Shown piece by piece: positions 56,638 through 64,000 of a DNA stretch of 64,000 nt. The translations under genes were made by a program, and so were the position numbers. The notes beneath the pieces were generated by a model. The model saw only the letters and a list, made by a program, of their open reading frames with translations. It did no database searches and was not told where the DNA came from. Position 1 is the stretch's first letter, and each line of letters opens with the position of its first letter. Source of the DNA: Rhodoglobus sp. (GTDB lineage Bacteria; Actinomycetota; Actinomycetes; Actinomycetales; Microbacteriaceae). The stretch is from NCBI GenBank assembly GCA_025463515.1, contig JAODAQ010000053.1, positions 62,735-126,734 of the forward strand. The letters run 5' to 3'.

Positions 56638-57672
56638 TTATCCGGCCCACTCGCCGGTGAACTGGCTTGCGGTGTCTTTCGTCATGACTCCGTTGTTCGG
56701 GAAGTCGGCGAACGGGTCGACGTCACCGGCGTTCTTGCCGTTGCGCAGTGCGTCGATGAGCGCCTCCATACCGAGACGGCCGGTGGTTGCCGGAGCCTGC
56801 ACGACGTCGGCGAACACGGTGCCATCGGCGACCTTGCCCTGGCCCCATGCGGAGCCGCCGTACCCGACGAGCAGGAAGTCGCTCGTCTTCTTGCCGGCGG
56901 CCTCGATCGCCTGGACAGCGCCCTGCAGGCCCTGGTCGGAGGTGGCGATCAGGTCGACGTCCGGGTTGGCGGTGAGGATGTCGGTGACCGCGGTCTGCGC
57001 GGCTGCCGGGTTGTAGAACGTCTCACCCTCGGCGACGACCGTGACGGGGCTGCCCTTGGTCGCGGCGGTGAAGCCGTCCCACAGGGCGACGCCGACCGCG
57101 GAGGCCTTCACGTCGTGGAGGTACGCGACGTTGCACGGGTCGAGGTTCATCGACGCGCAGGCGGCGACCGTCTGCTCGCCGAACTTCGTGCCGAGCTCGG
57201 AGGGGACGAAGACCACGTTGGCGGCGAGGCCGTCGACCTGGGTCTTGCCGGTGGTGAAGTCGTCACCGAGGATCTGGTCGATGTTCACGACCGTGATGCC
57301 CGCGTCGATCGCCTGCTTTGTCACGTCGACGATCGCCGGGCCGTAGATCGGCTGGGTGATGATGCCGTCGTACTGGCCAGACGTGATCGCGTCCTGGATG
57401 AGGGTGACCTGGAGGTTGGGGTCCAGGTTGCCGTCGAGGACGGTGAGCACGGCGTTGTTCGCGTCGGCCACCTTCTGCGCCTCGGCGAGCATCGGCTCGT
57501 CGTAGGTGTTGGCGACCGCGAACGAGATGTACGCGATCTGCAGCGGCTCTTCCGACGGGGCGTCGGAGGCGTCGGGTGCGGGGGTGGAGCATGCTGCGAG
57601 GGCGAGCGCCGTTGCGGCCGCCGCTCCGACTGCGAGGGTTCGGCGGAATATCGCCGACCGTGATTGCCTCAT
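56638..57672 (-). CDS. Sugar ABC transporter substrate-binding lipoprotein (RbsB-like)
   Basis: ATG 57672 with an AAGGAG SD site. Lipobox LAACS. Periplasmic-binding type I fold pattern. Confidence 0.85.
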   Translation of the reverse strand: MRQSRSAIFRRTLAVGAAAATALALAACSTPAPDASDAPSEEPLQIAYISFAVANTYDEPMLAEAQKVADANNAVLTVLDGNLDPNLQVTLIQDAITSGQYDGIITQPIYGPAIVDVTKQAIDAGITVVNIDQILGDDFTTGKTQVDGLAANVVFVPSELGTKFGEQTVAACASMNLDPCNVAYLHDVKASAVGVALWDGFTAATKGSPVTVVAEGETFYNPAAAQTAVTDILTANPDVDLIATSDQGLQGAVQAIEAAGKKTSDFLLVGYGGSAWGQGKVADGTVFADVVQAPATTGRLGMEALIDALRNGKNAGDVDPFADFPNNGVMTKDTASQFTGEWAG

Positions 57673-57902
57673 GGTGATTTCTCCTTTGAAACCGCTCGGA
57701 CCGAGGATCGACCTCGATCCTGGGCTGGTTCTTTCAGTGAGACTATACACACCGTGCACTGGCAATGAAACAGTGTCCAGAGAAGCTTCATTCGAGCGCA
57801 ACGTATCCCGTTTGGACGCGGCGCAAGGGCCCGAGTCGTCAAAAAGTGCGCCTCACGAGCCGCTGAAGAGCAACGTGTGACGACTCGCGAGTGCGCGAAG
57901 GC

Positions 57903-58595
57903 CTACAGATCGTCCATCGCGCGGAGCACGTCCACCGCCGAGGAGAGGGGCACGCCGGCGCCGCGCGGCTCGGTGCCCGGGGCGGTCGGCATCGCGAGGT
58001 TCTGCTGGCGGCGGCCGAACACGAACCACACTCCGCGGGCCACCACGTCACCGTTGTTCGAGTAGAGATGGGGCCGCACGGAGTCGAAGTACATCGAGTC
58101 GCCGGGCTCGAGCACATAGGTGTCGAAGTCGAGCTGCAGGGTGAGCCTTCCCTCGATGATGTAGGCGTACTCGATGCCCGCGTGCCGCATGAGCTTGCCC
58201 TCGATCGAGCTGGATGCCCCGGGGTCGTAGCTCACGAGCAGGCCGTCGGCCGGCCCGTTCTCGCCGGCCAGGCGCTCCCACCGCACGCCGTTCTCCATCT
58301 CGAGCACGGGGTTGTCCGCGGCGCGCTGCACGGGAGGGGATGCCGCATACGCGGGCATCACGACGGCCTCCGGCCCCTCGGGCACCGCGCGAGCTGGGGT
58401 GCCCATGACGTCGTCGATCGAGATGCCGAGGTGCGTGACTAGTGCGTACAGCGTGGACACGGAGGGCTGCGTCTTGCCGGTCTCCACCTGTGAGATCAGG
58501 CTCGCGGAAACGCCAAGGGCCTGGGCCACACTGCGGAGGCTGAGCCCCTGCTGCAGCCGGGCTTCACGGAGGCGCGCCCCGATGTCCGCAGTCAT
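57903..58595 (-). CDS. XRE-family regulator with a C-terminal cupin domain
   Basis: HTH IGARLREARLQQGLSLRSVAQALGVSASLISQVETGK, plus a cupin core. Confidence 0.8.
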   Translation of the reverse strand: MTADIGARLREARLQQGLSLRSVAQALGVSASLISQVETGKTQPSVSTLYALVTHLGISIDDVMGTPARAVPEGPEAVVMPAYAASPPVQRAADNPVLEMENGVRWERLAGENGPADGLLVSYDPGASSSIEGKLMRHAGIEYAYIIEGRLTLQLDFDTYVLEPGDSMYFDSVRPHLYSNNGDVVARGVWFVFGRRQQNLAMPTAPGTEPRGAGVPLSSAVDVLRAMDDL

Positions 58596-58721
58596 CCGGC
58601 GAGAATACCATTGCGGAAGGCTCAGACCCGGCGGCAATCTCCACGCTGGCGTGTGCAGCGGTGTTAACCTATGCTAAACATTGATTTTTGTACCGCTGAA
58701 CGCGGCAACGAGGAGGACTCG

Positions 58722-60104
58722 ATGAAGAGCACCGGAACGACGGGCACGAACGCGGTTGACTGGGAAGCCAGGGTCGACTTCGATCGCCTGCGCTCGGAGC
58801 GGCTCGCGCGCCTCAAGGCCGAGCTCGAGATCTCGAGCATGGGGGCGCTGCTCGCGTTCGACTTCTCGAACATCCGGTACATGACCTCCACCCACATCGG
58901 CACGTGGGCGATGGACAAGCTCATCCGCTTCAGCCTGCTCACCCGCAACACCGATCCCATCTCCTGGGACTTCGGCTCCGCTGCCAAGCACCACCAGCTG
59001 TACAACCCGTGGCTCGACCGCACGACCGCCGAGATGGATGCCGACCCCAGCGCTCCCCACGAGGGCGCCACCCGCCCCCGGCTCGAGAGCGGGGCAAGGG
59101 CCGGCATCTCGACGCTGCGCGGAGCGTTCACGCCCGACGCCGAGATCGCGGACAAGGTGGCCGCGAAGATCAAGCGCGAGCTCGAGAAGTTCGGCGTCGC
59201 CGACCAGCCCCTCGGTGTCGACGTGATCGAGCTGCCGGTGCTGTTCGCGCTGCAGAAGCTCGGCATCCAGGTCGTCGACGGCCAGCAGGTCTTCATGGAG
59301 GCCCGCCGCATCAAGACCCACGACGAGATCCGCCTGCTCACCCAGGCCGCGTCGATGGTGGATGCCGCGTACGAGGAGCTCTACCGCTTCCTCAGGCCCG
59401 GCGTTCGTGAGAATGAGGCCGTCGGCCTGGTCGCCAAGACCCTGTACGACCTCGGCTCGGAGTACGTGGAGGGTGTCAACGCCATCTCGGGTGAGCGCTG
59501 CTCGCCGCATCCGCACGTCTTCTCGGACCGCCTCATCCGGCCCGGCGACCCCGCCTTCTTCGACATCCTGCACAGCTTCAACGGCTACCGCACCTGCTAC
59601 TACCGCACCTTCGCGGTCGGCTCGGCGTCGAGCGCGCAGAACGATGCGTACACGCGCGCCCGGGAGTACATGGACCGCGCGATCGCCTTGGTGAAGCCCG
59701 GAGCCACGACCGCGGACATCGTCTCCGTGTGGCCGACCGCCCAGGAGTTCGGCTTCGCCGACGAGGAGGCCGCGTTCGCACTGCAGTACGGCCACGGCGT
59801 CGGCCTCTCCATCTGGGAGAAGCCGATCTTCTCGCGCCTCGTCTCGCTCGACCACCCCGAGGAGCTCAAGGAGGGCATGGTCTTCGCCCTCGAGACCTAC
59901 TGGCCGTCGAAAGACGGCTGGGGCGCCGCGCGCATCGAGGAGGAGGTCGTCGTGACCGCCGACGGCTGCGAGGTCATCACGAAGTTCCCCGCGGAGGAGC
60001 TGCTCGTCGCCGGGCAGCGCTACTACTCCGTCGGCGGAGTGCTCGGCCACGCCCGCGACTCCCAGTCGCACCTGAACACGCCGGCGGGCCGGGGCGAGGC
60101 CTAG
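58722..60104 (+). CDS. M24-family metallopeptidase/hydrolase (creatinase/Xaa-Pro-like)
   Basis: GAGGAGGA SD site. Pita-bread motifs (HGVGLSIWE, ALETYW, EEEVVVT). Confidence 0.8.
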   Translation: MKSTGTTGTNAVDWEARVDFDRLRSERLARLKAELEISSMGALLAFDFSNIRYMTSTHIGTWAMDKLIRFSLLTRNTDPISWDFGSAAKHHQLYNPWLDRTTAEMDADPSAPHEGATRPRLESGARAGISTLRGAFTPDAEIADKVAAKIKRELEKFGVADQPLGVDVIELPVLFALQKLGIQVVDGQQVFMEARRIKTHDEIRLLTQAASMVDAAYEELYRFLRPGVRENEAVGLVAKTLYDLGSEYVEGVNAISGERCSPHPHVFSDRLIRPGDPAFFDILHSFNGYRTCYYRTFAVGSASSAQNDAYTRAREYMDRAIALVKPGATTADIVSVWPTAQEFGFADEEAAFALQYGHGVGLSIWEKPIFSRLVSLDHPEELKEGMVFALETYWPSKDGWGAARIEEEVVVTADGCEVITKFPAEELLVAGQRYYSVGGVLGHARDSQSHLNTPAGRGEA

Positions 60105-60186
60105 GCCTTCTGTAGGTCGCCGACGCCGCTCGAAGTGCCGTCCAACCGTCACGTTCAGCGCGGGCAGGTGCAGCGTGTTGAGGTGC

Positions 60187-60279
60187 TCACCGTATTCAGG
60201 ACAAGACTGCGGTGCCGGTGGCGAGGAGTCTGAGCGAAAGCACAGGAGCGAGTCGCGTCGTCCGTCCTGAATACGGTGA
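60187..60279. repeat. TCAGGACA-family hairpin (perfect 16-bp arms)
   Basis: TCACCGTATTCAGGAC / GTCCTGAATACGGTGA with a 61-nt loop. Confidence 0.85.
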
Positions 60280-60285
60280 AGGATT

Positions 60286-60328
60286 CACCCTGGCACCCTG
60301 GCACCCTGGCACCCTGGCACCCTGGCAC
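60286..60328 (-). repeat. Tandem 8-mer (CACCCTGG)x5 plus a partial copy
   Basis: Five perfect copies. The minus strand reads GGGTGCCA repeats, i.e. G3N5G3N5G3N5G3N5G3. Followed by CACCGGAGCACCG x2 and GCTGCGGCCGGGGCGC x2. Confidence 0.9.
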
Positions 60329-60494
60329 TACCCGCCGGCACCGGAGCACCGACACCGGAGCACCGGGGCTGTGGGCGGCGAGGCGCCGGAGTGGCGAGGC
60401 ACGGAGCACCGCGGGCCCGGCCCGCACGGCAGGCCCCGACCCACGCTGCGGCCGGGGCGCGCTGCGGCCGGGGCGCCGCTGCGGCTAGGGCGCG

Positions 60495-61358
60495 CTAGCG
60501 CCCGCGGGTGACCTCCGCTACGGCCGACCAGTCGAGCTCGGCGAGGTCCGGGTCGGCGAGGGCCGTCTCGAAGCGGTCGCGCAGCACGGGCGCGCTCGGC
60601 AGCGTGACGCCGCCCTCGGCCGCCAGGTCTTCGGCGAGGCCGAGGTCCTTGAGGCCGAGCGGCATGGAGAAGCCGGGCGGGGTGTAGCGGCGCTCGGCCA
60701 TCATCGAGCCGTACCCGGAGTACACGACCCCCGGGAAGAGGGTGCCCGACAGCAGCTCGATGAAGTCGCCGGCCTCGAGCCCCTGCGACTCGACGAGGCT
60801 GATGCCCTCGGCCATCGCCTGCAGCGCGTGCAGGATCGTGAAGTTCACGGAGATCTTCACGCCGTTGGCGCGGCTCGGCTGCTCGCCGAAGCGCCAGGTG
60901 CGCACCCCCAGGACGTCGAGGTAGGGGGCTGCGGCCGCCACGAGCGCCTCCGGCCCCGCGACGAGGAGGTTGAGGTTGCCGGCGGCCGCGACCGCTGGCC
61001 GGCCGAGCACGGGGGAGGCGAGGTATCCGACCCCCGCCGACCCGGCGACCGCCGTCAGCCGCTCGGCCGCCGCCGTGCTGATCGAGGCCATGTTGACGTG
61101 CATTCGACCCTCGGCCCCCGCGAGGTTCTCCGCGGACAAGACGGCCTCGGCCGCCTCGTCGTTGGCGAACATCGAGAACGAGACGGATTCCGCGAGCGCC
61201 TCCCGCGCGGACGACACCCGCACCGCGCCCTTCGCGACGAGCTCGTCGCACGCGTCGGGGCTGCGGTTCCACACGCGCAGCTCGTGCCCGGACTCCAGGA
61301 GCCGCCCGGCCATCGCGCTGCCCATGTTGCCCATCCCCAGGAAGCCGAGGGTCGCCAT
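60495..61358 (-). CDS. NAD(P)-dependent 3-hydroxyacid dehydrogenase (HIBADH/6PGDH-NAD-binding family)
   Basis: ATG 61358 (MATLGFLGMGNMGSAMA). The 614-aa track ORF is an artefactual extension. Confidence 0.85.
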   Translation of the reverse strand: MATLGFLGMGNMGSAMAGRLLESGHELRVWNRSPDACDELVAKGAVRVSSAREALAESVSFSMFANDEAAEAVLSAENLAGAEGRMHVNMASISTAAAERLTAVAGSAGVGYLASPVLGRPAVAAAGNLNLLVAGPEALVAAAAPYLDVLGVRTWRFGEQPSRANGVKISVNFTILHALQAMAEGISLVESQGLEAGDFIELLSGTLFPGVVYSGYGSMMAERRYTPPGFSMPLGLKDLGLAEDLAAEGGVTLPSAPVLRDRFETALADPDLAELDWSAVAEVTRGR

Positions 61359-61360
61359 CG

Positions 61361-62737
61361 TCAGCCCTTCCAGACCGTCTTGAGGTTGCAGAACTCCCGG
61401 ATGCCCGCTGCCGCGAGCTCGCGCCCGTAGCCCGAGTCCTTGATGCCGCCGAAGGGCAGCTCCGGGTACGAGATCGTCATGCCGTTGATGAACACGGCGC
61501 CGGCATCGAGGGAGTTGACGAAGAAGTCCTCGTCGTCGGCATCCGTGGTCCACACCGCCGAGCTGAGCCCGAACGTGGTCTGGTTCGCGATGTCGCGGGC
61601 CTCTTCGCGCGAGGAGACGCGGTACAGGGATGCCACGGGGCCGAACGCCTCCTCGAGCACGAGCCGCATGCCGTCGTGCAGGTCGGCCACCAGGGTCGGC
61701 TCGTAGAACCAGCCCGGGCGGTCGGGGGTGTGTCCGCCGGCGAGGATCGTGGCGCCGTGCTTGACCGCGTCGTCGACCAGCTCGGCCAGCTCGTCGCGGC
61801 CGGACTCGGTGGCCAGCGGGCCGACCTGCGTCGCAGCATCCATGGGGTCGCCGACCACCAGCGCAGAGAGCTTGGACGCGAAGAGCGCCGAGAACTCCTC
61901 GTAGATGTCGGCGTGCACGATGAAGCGCTTGCCGGCGATGCACGACTGCCCGTTGTTCTGCACGCGCGCGGTGACCGCGACGTCGACGGCCTTCGCGAGA
62001 TCGGCCGAGGGCATGACGACGAACGGGTCGGAGCCGCCGAGCTCGAGCACGGCCTTCTTGATCTGCCCGCCCGCATTCGCGGCGACCTCGCGGCCGGCCG
62101 GCTCGGAGCCGGTGAGGGTCACGGCCTTCACGCGCTTGTCCTGCAGCACGGCGGCCACCGCGCCGGAGCCGATGAGCAGCGTCGAGAACGCACCCTCGGG
62201 GAAGCCGCCGCGGGTGAAGAGGGCGTCGAGGTACAGCGCCGACTGGGGAACGTTGGAGGCGTGCTTGAGCAGCCCCGAGTTGCCGGCCATGAGCGCGGGC
62301 GCGGCGAAGCGCACGACCTGCCACAGCGGGTAGTTCCACGGCATGACGGCCAGCACGGCCCCGAGCGGCTCATACCGCGCGTAGGCCGAAGAGGCGTTGA
62401 CCGACGACGGGTCGGCGAGCGGCTCGTCGGCGAGGAACTCGTGCGCGTGGTCGGCGTAGAACCGCATGCCCTTGACGCACTTGAGCGCCTCGCCCTTCGC
62501 CTGCGCGAGCGGCTTGCCCATCTCGGTGGTCATGATCACGGCTACCTCGTCGGCCTCGGCCTCGAGGAGGTCGGCGGCGGCGCGCATCCATACCGCCCGC
62601 TCTTCGAAGCTCGTGGTGCGCATGGCCCTCGTCGCGGCATCCGCGAGGGCGATGCGGCGCTCGACCTCGGCGGCGTCGTGGGGCTCGAAAGTCTTAACGG
62701 TCTCTCCCGTTGCCGGGTTGATGGTGGCGATCGCCAT
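61361..62737 (-). CDS. NAD(P)-dependent aldehyde dehydrogenase (succinate-semialdehyde dehydrogenase-like)
   Basis: 458 aa with ELGG and GQSCIAGKR catalytic motifs. Confidence 0.9.
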   Translation of the reverse strand: MAIATINPATGETVKTFEPHDAAEVERRIALADAATRAMRTTSFEERAVWMRAAADLLEAEADEVAVIMTTEMGKPLAQAKGEALKCVKGMRFYADHAHEFLADEPLADPSSVNASSAYARYEPLGAVLAVMPWNYPLWQVVRFAAPALMAGNSGLLKHASNVPQSALYLDALFTRGGFPEGAFSTLLIGSGAVAAVLQDKRVKAVTLTGSEPAGREVAANAGGQIKKAVLELGGSDPFVVMPSADLAKAVDVAVTARVQNNGQSCIAGKRFIVHADIYEEFSALFASKLSALVVGDPMDAATQVGPLATESGRDELAELVDDAVKHGATILAGGHTPDRPGWFYEPTLVADLHDGMRLVLEEAFGPVASLYRVSSREEARDIANQTTFGLSSAVWTTDADDEDFFVNSLDAGAVFINGMTISYPELPFGGIKDSGYGRELAAAGIREFCNLKTVWKG

Positions 62738-62773
62738 GGATGGTGCCTTTCGTCGGTGAGTGGCAGTGGTGGT

Positions 62774-63454
62774 CTAGGGGAGGAGGTCGAAGACCTCTGG
62801 GTGCCGGGCGAGGCCCAGCCGGGTGCGGCGGATGTGGCCGGCGAGGATGCGCTCCGCATCGTCCGCGTCGCCGGCACGGATCGCGCCGACGAGCATGTGG
62901 TGCTCGTCGTGGACGACGCGGGTGGCGTGCTCGTCGAGCAGGAGGGTGAAGGCGCGGCGGTAGTGCTGCGTGGTATTCCACAGCCGGCGCACGAGGTCGC
63001 CGAGCACGGTGGTCTCGGCGGCCTCGTACGAGCCGAGGTGGAACTCGCGGTCGAGCCGCAGGAACTCCTCGACGCCGTCGGTGCGCTGCATCTGCGCGGC
63101 GAGCTCCTCGAGCCGGTCGGCGTGCGCCTCGTCGATGTGGGGGAGCGCGTAGCGCAGCAGCAGCGGCTCGACGCGCTCGCGGGTCTGGTACACCTCGTCG
63201 CACTCGGTGAGGCTGAGCCGCGACACCCATGCGCCGGTGTTGGCGACGAGGGTCACGAGCCCGTCGGCCTCGAGCGTGCGGAACGCCTCGCGCACGGGAA
63301 CCCGGCTCGCCCCGAAGCGCTGCGCGACATCCTCCTGCCGCAGGCGCTGCCCGGGCTGGTACTCGCCGTGCAGGATCGCCGCGCGCAGAAGCTCGGCGAT
63401 GCGCGCACTCGAGTTGCCGTGCGCGACGAGGTCGGTGATCGCGGCGTTGGTCAC
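62774..63454 (-). CDS. GntR-family regulator (FadR/FCD subfamily)
   Basis: N-terminal wHTH (LRQEDVAQRFGASRVPVREAFRTLEADGLV) plus a helical FCD domain with conserved His residues. Confidence 0.85.
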   Translation of the reverse strand: MTNAAITDLVAHGNSSARIAELLRAAILHGEYQPGQRLRQEDVAQRFGASRVPVREAFRTLEADGLVTLVANTGAWVSRLSLTECDEVYQTRERVEPLLLRYALPHIDEAHADRLEELAAQMQRTDGVEEFLRLDREFHLGSYEAAETTVLGDLVRRLWNTTQHYRRAFTLLLDEHATRVVHDEHHMLVGAIRAGDADDAERILAGHIRRTRLGLARHPEVFDLLP

Positions 63455-63467
63455 AGGGTCCAGTCTT

Positions 63468-63986
63468 TCACTTCGCGGGATGCCACAGCAGAACAGGGGC
63501 GTCCTTCTCGTACGCCTTCCCGTTCGGGAAGCTCACGAGCTCGAACTGCATGCCCCACGGGCTGAGGAAGTAGACCCAGCGCTGGCCGAGGCTCGCACTG
63601 CCGCTCGCCGTCGGCTCGCCCAGGATCCGGATGCCCTCGGCGCGCAGGTAGTCCACCGCCGCGTCGAGGTCGTCCACGTAGAAGGCGAGGTGGTGGCCGC
63701 CGAGGTCGCTGTTGCGGGGCTGGGGCGCCTGCCCGTCGGCCGCCTCGTACTCGAAGACCTCGAAGTTGGCGCCGTTGCCGCAGCGGTAGAAGTTGAGCTT
63801 GCGCATGACGGTGCGGGGATGCACGCCCAGGTGCTCGTGCATCCAATCACCCTCCTCGCGGGCGAACGGGCCGAGTGAGTACACGTACTCGCAGCCGAGC
63901 ACGCGCACGAAGAAGTCATGGGCTGCCTCGAGGTCGGGCACGGTGAAGCCGATGTGGTCGGTGCCGCGCAGTCCGGGGAGCGCCAT
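63468..63986 (-). CDS. VOC (glyoxalase/dioxygenase) family protein
   Basis: 172 aa. Paired beta-alpha-beta3 modules (HIGFTVPDLEAA...; HHLAFYVDDLDAA...). Confidence 0.8.
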   Translation of the reverse strand: MALPGLRGTDHIGFTVPDLEAAHDFFVRVLGCEYVYSLGPFAREEGDWMHEHLGVHPRTVMRKLNFYRCGNGANFEVFEYEAADGQAPQPRNSDLGGHHLAFYVDDLDAAVDYLRAEGIRILGEPTASGSASLGQRWVYFLSPWGMQFELVSFPNGKAYEKDAPVLLWHPAK

Positions 63987-64000
63987 GTCATCCTCCTTGA

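Overview
High-GC (about 70% in sampled lines) actinobacterial chromosome segment. Markers are mshD (mycothiol), sigK-rskA, carD and senX3-regX3. Gene order mirrors Mycobacterium blocks as I recall them: pstSCAB / mutT1-ppk1 / mshD-glnR; gpmA ... phoU-senX3-regX3; lpqE-carD-ispD/F-cysS-rlmB. Most of the window is core metabolism and transport: an 8-gene translationally coupled CoA-transferase/SDR/MaoC catabolic operon, the Pho regulon, a sugar ABC transporter, and aldehyde/hydroxyacid dehydrogenases.

The standout is a ~6.6 kb low-GC (about 45-55%) island at ~30157-36800, wedged between gpmA and the phoU-senX3-regX3 block. It encodes three genes:
- a 1223-aa Zn-ribbon / protein-kinase-like / P-loop NTPase / tandem-Rossmann protein;
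- a GHKL (MORC/MutL-like) ATPase fused to a TIGR02391-like C-terminus carrying an R-x4-H motif;
- a convergent C5 cytosine methyltransferase.

No recognisable nuclease and no mobility gene lies inside the island. It is flanked by an orphan vsr, a MntA/HepT toxin-antitoxin pair, and a native-GC RecB-like nuclease/exonuclease/SF1-helicase fusion. I propose it as a candidate undescribed defence system.

The second theme is a set of intergenic repeat islands. They include a REP-like palindromic family (14 units, one cluster in-frame inside mshD), a TCAGGACA-core hairpin family, and G-quadruplex-prone tandem tracts. Other items are PHO-box-like direct repeats upstream of pstS and ppk1, one tRNA-Lys, a three-gene microprotein operon missed by the ORF track, and a possible structured RNA.

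All domain calls come from reading motifs by eye. No searches were run.
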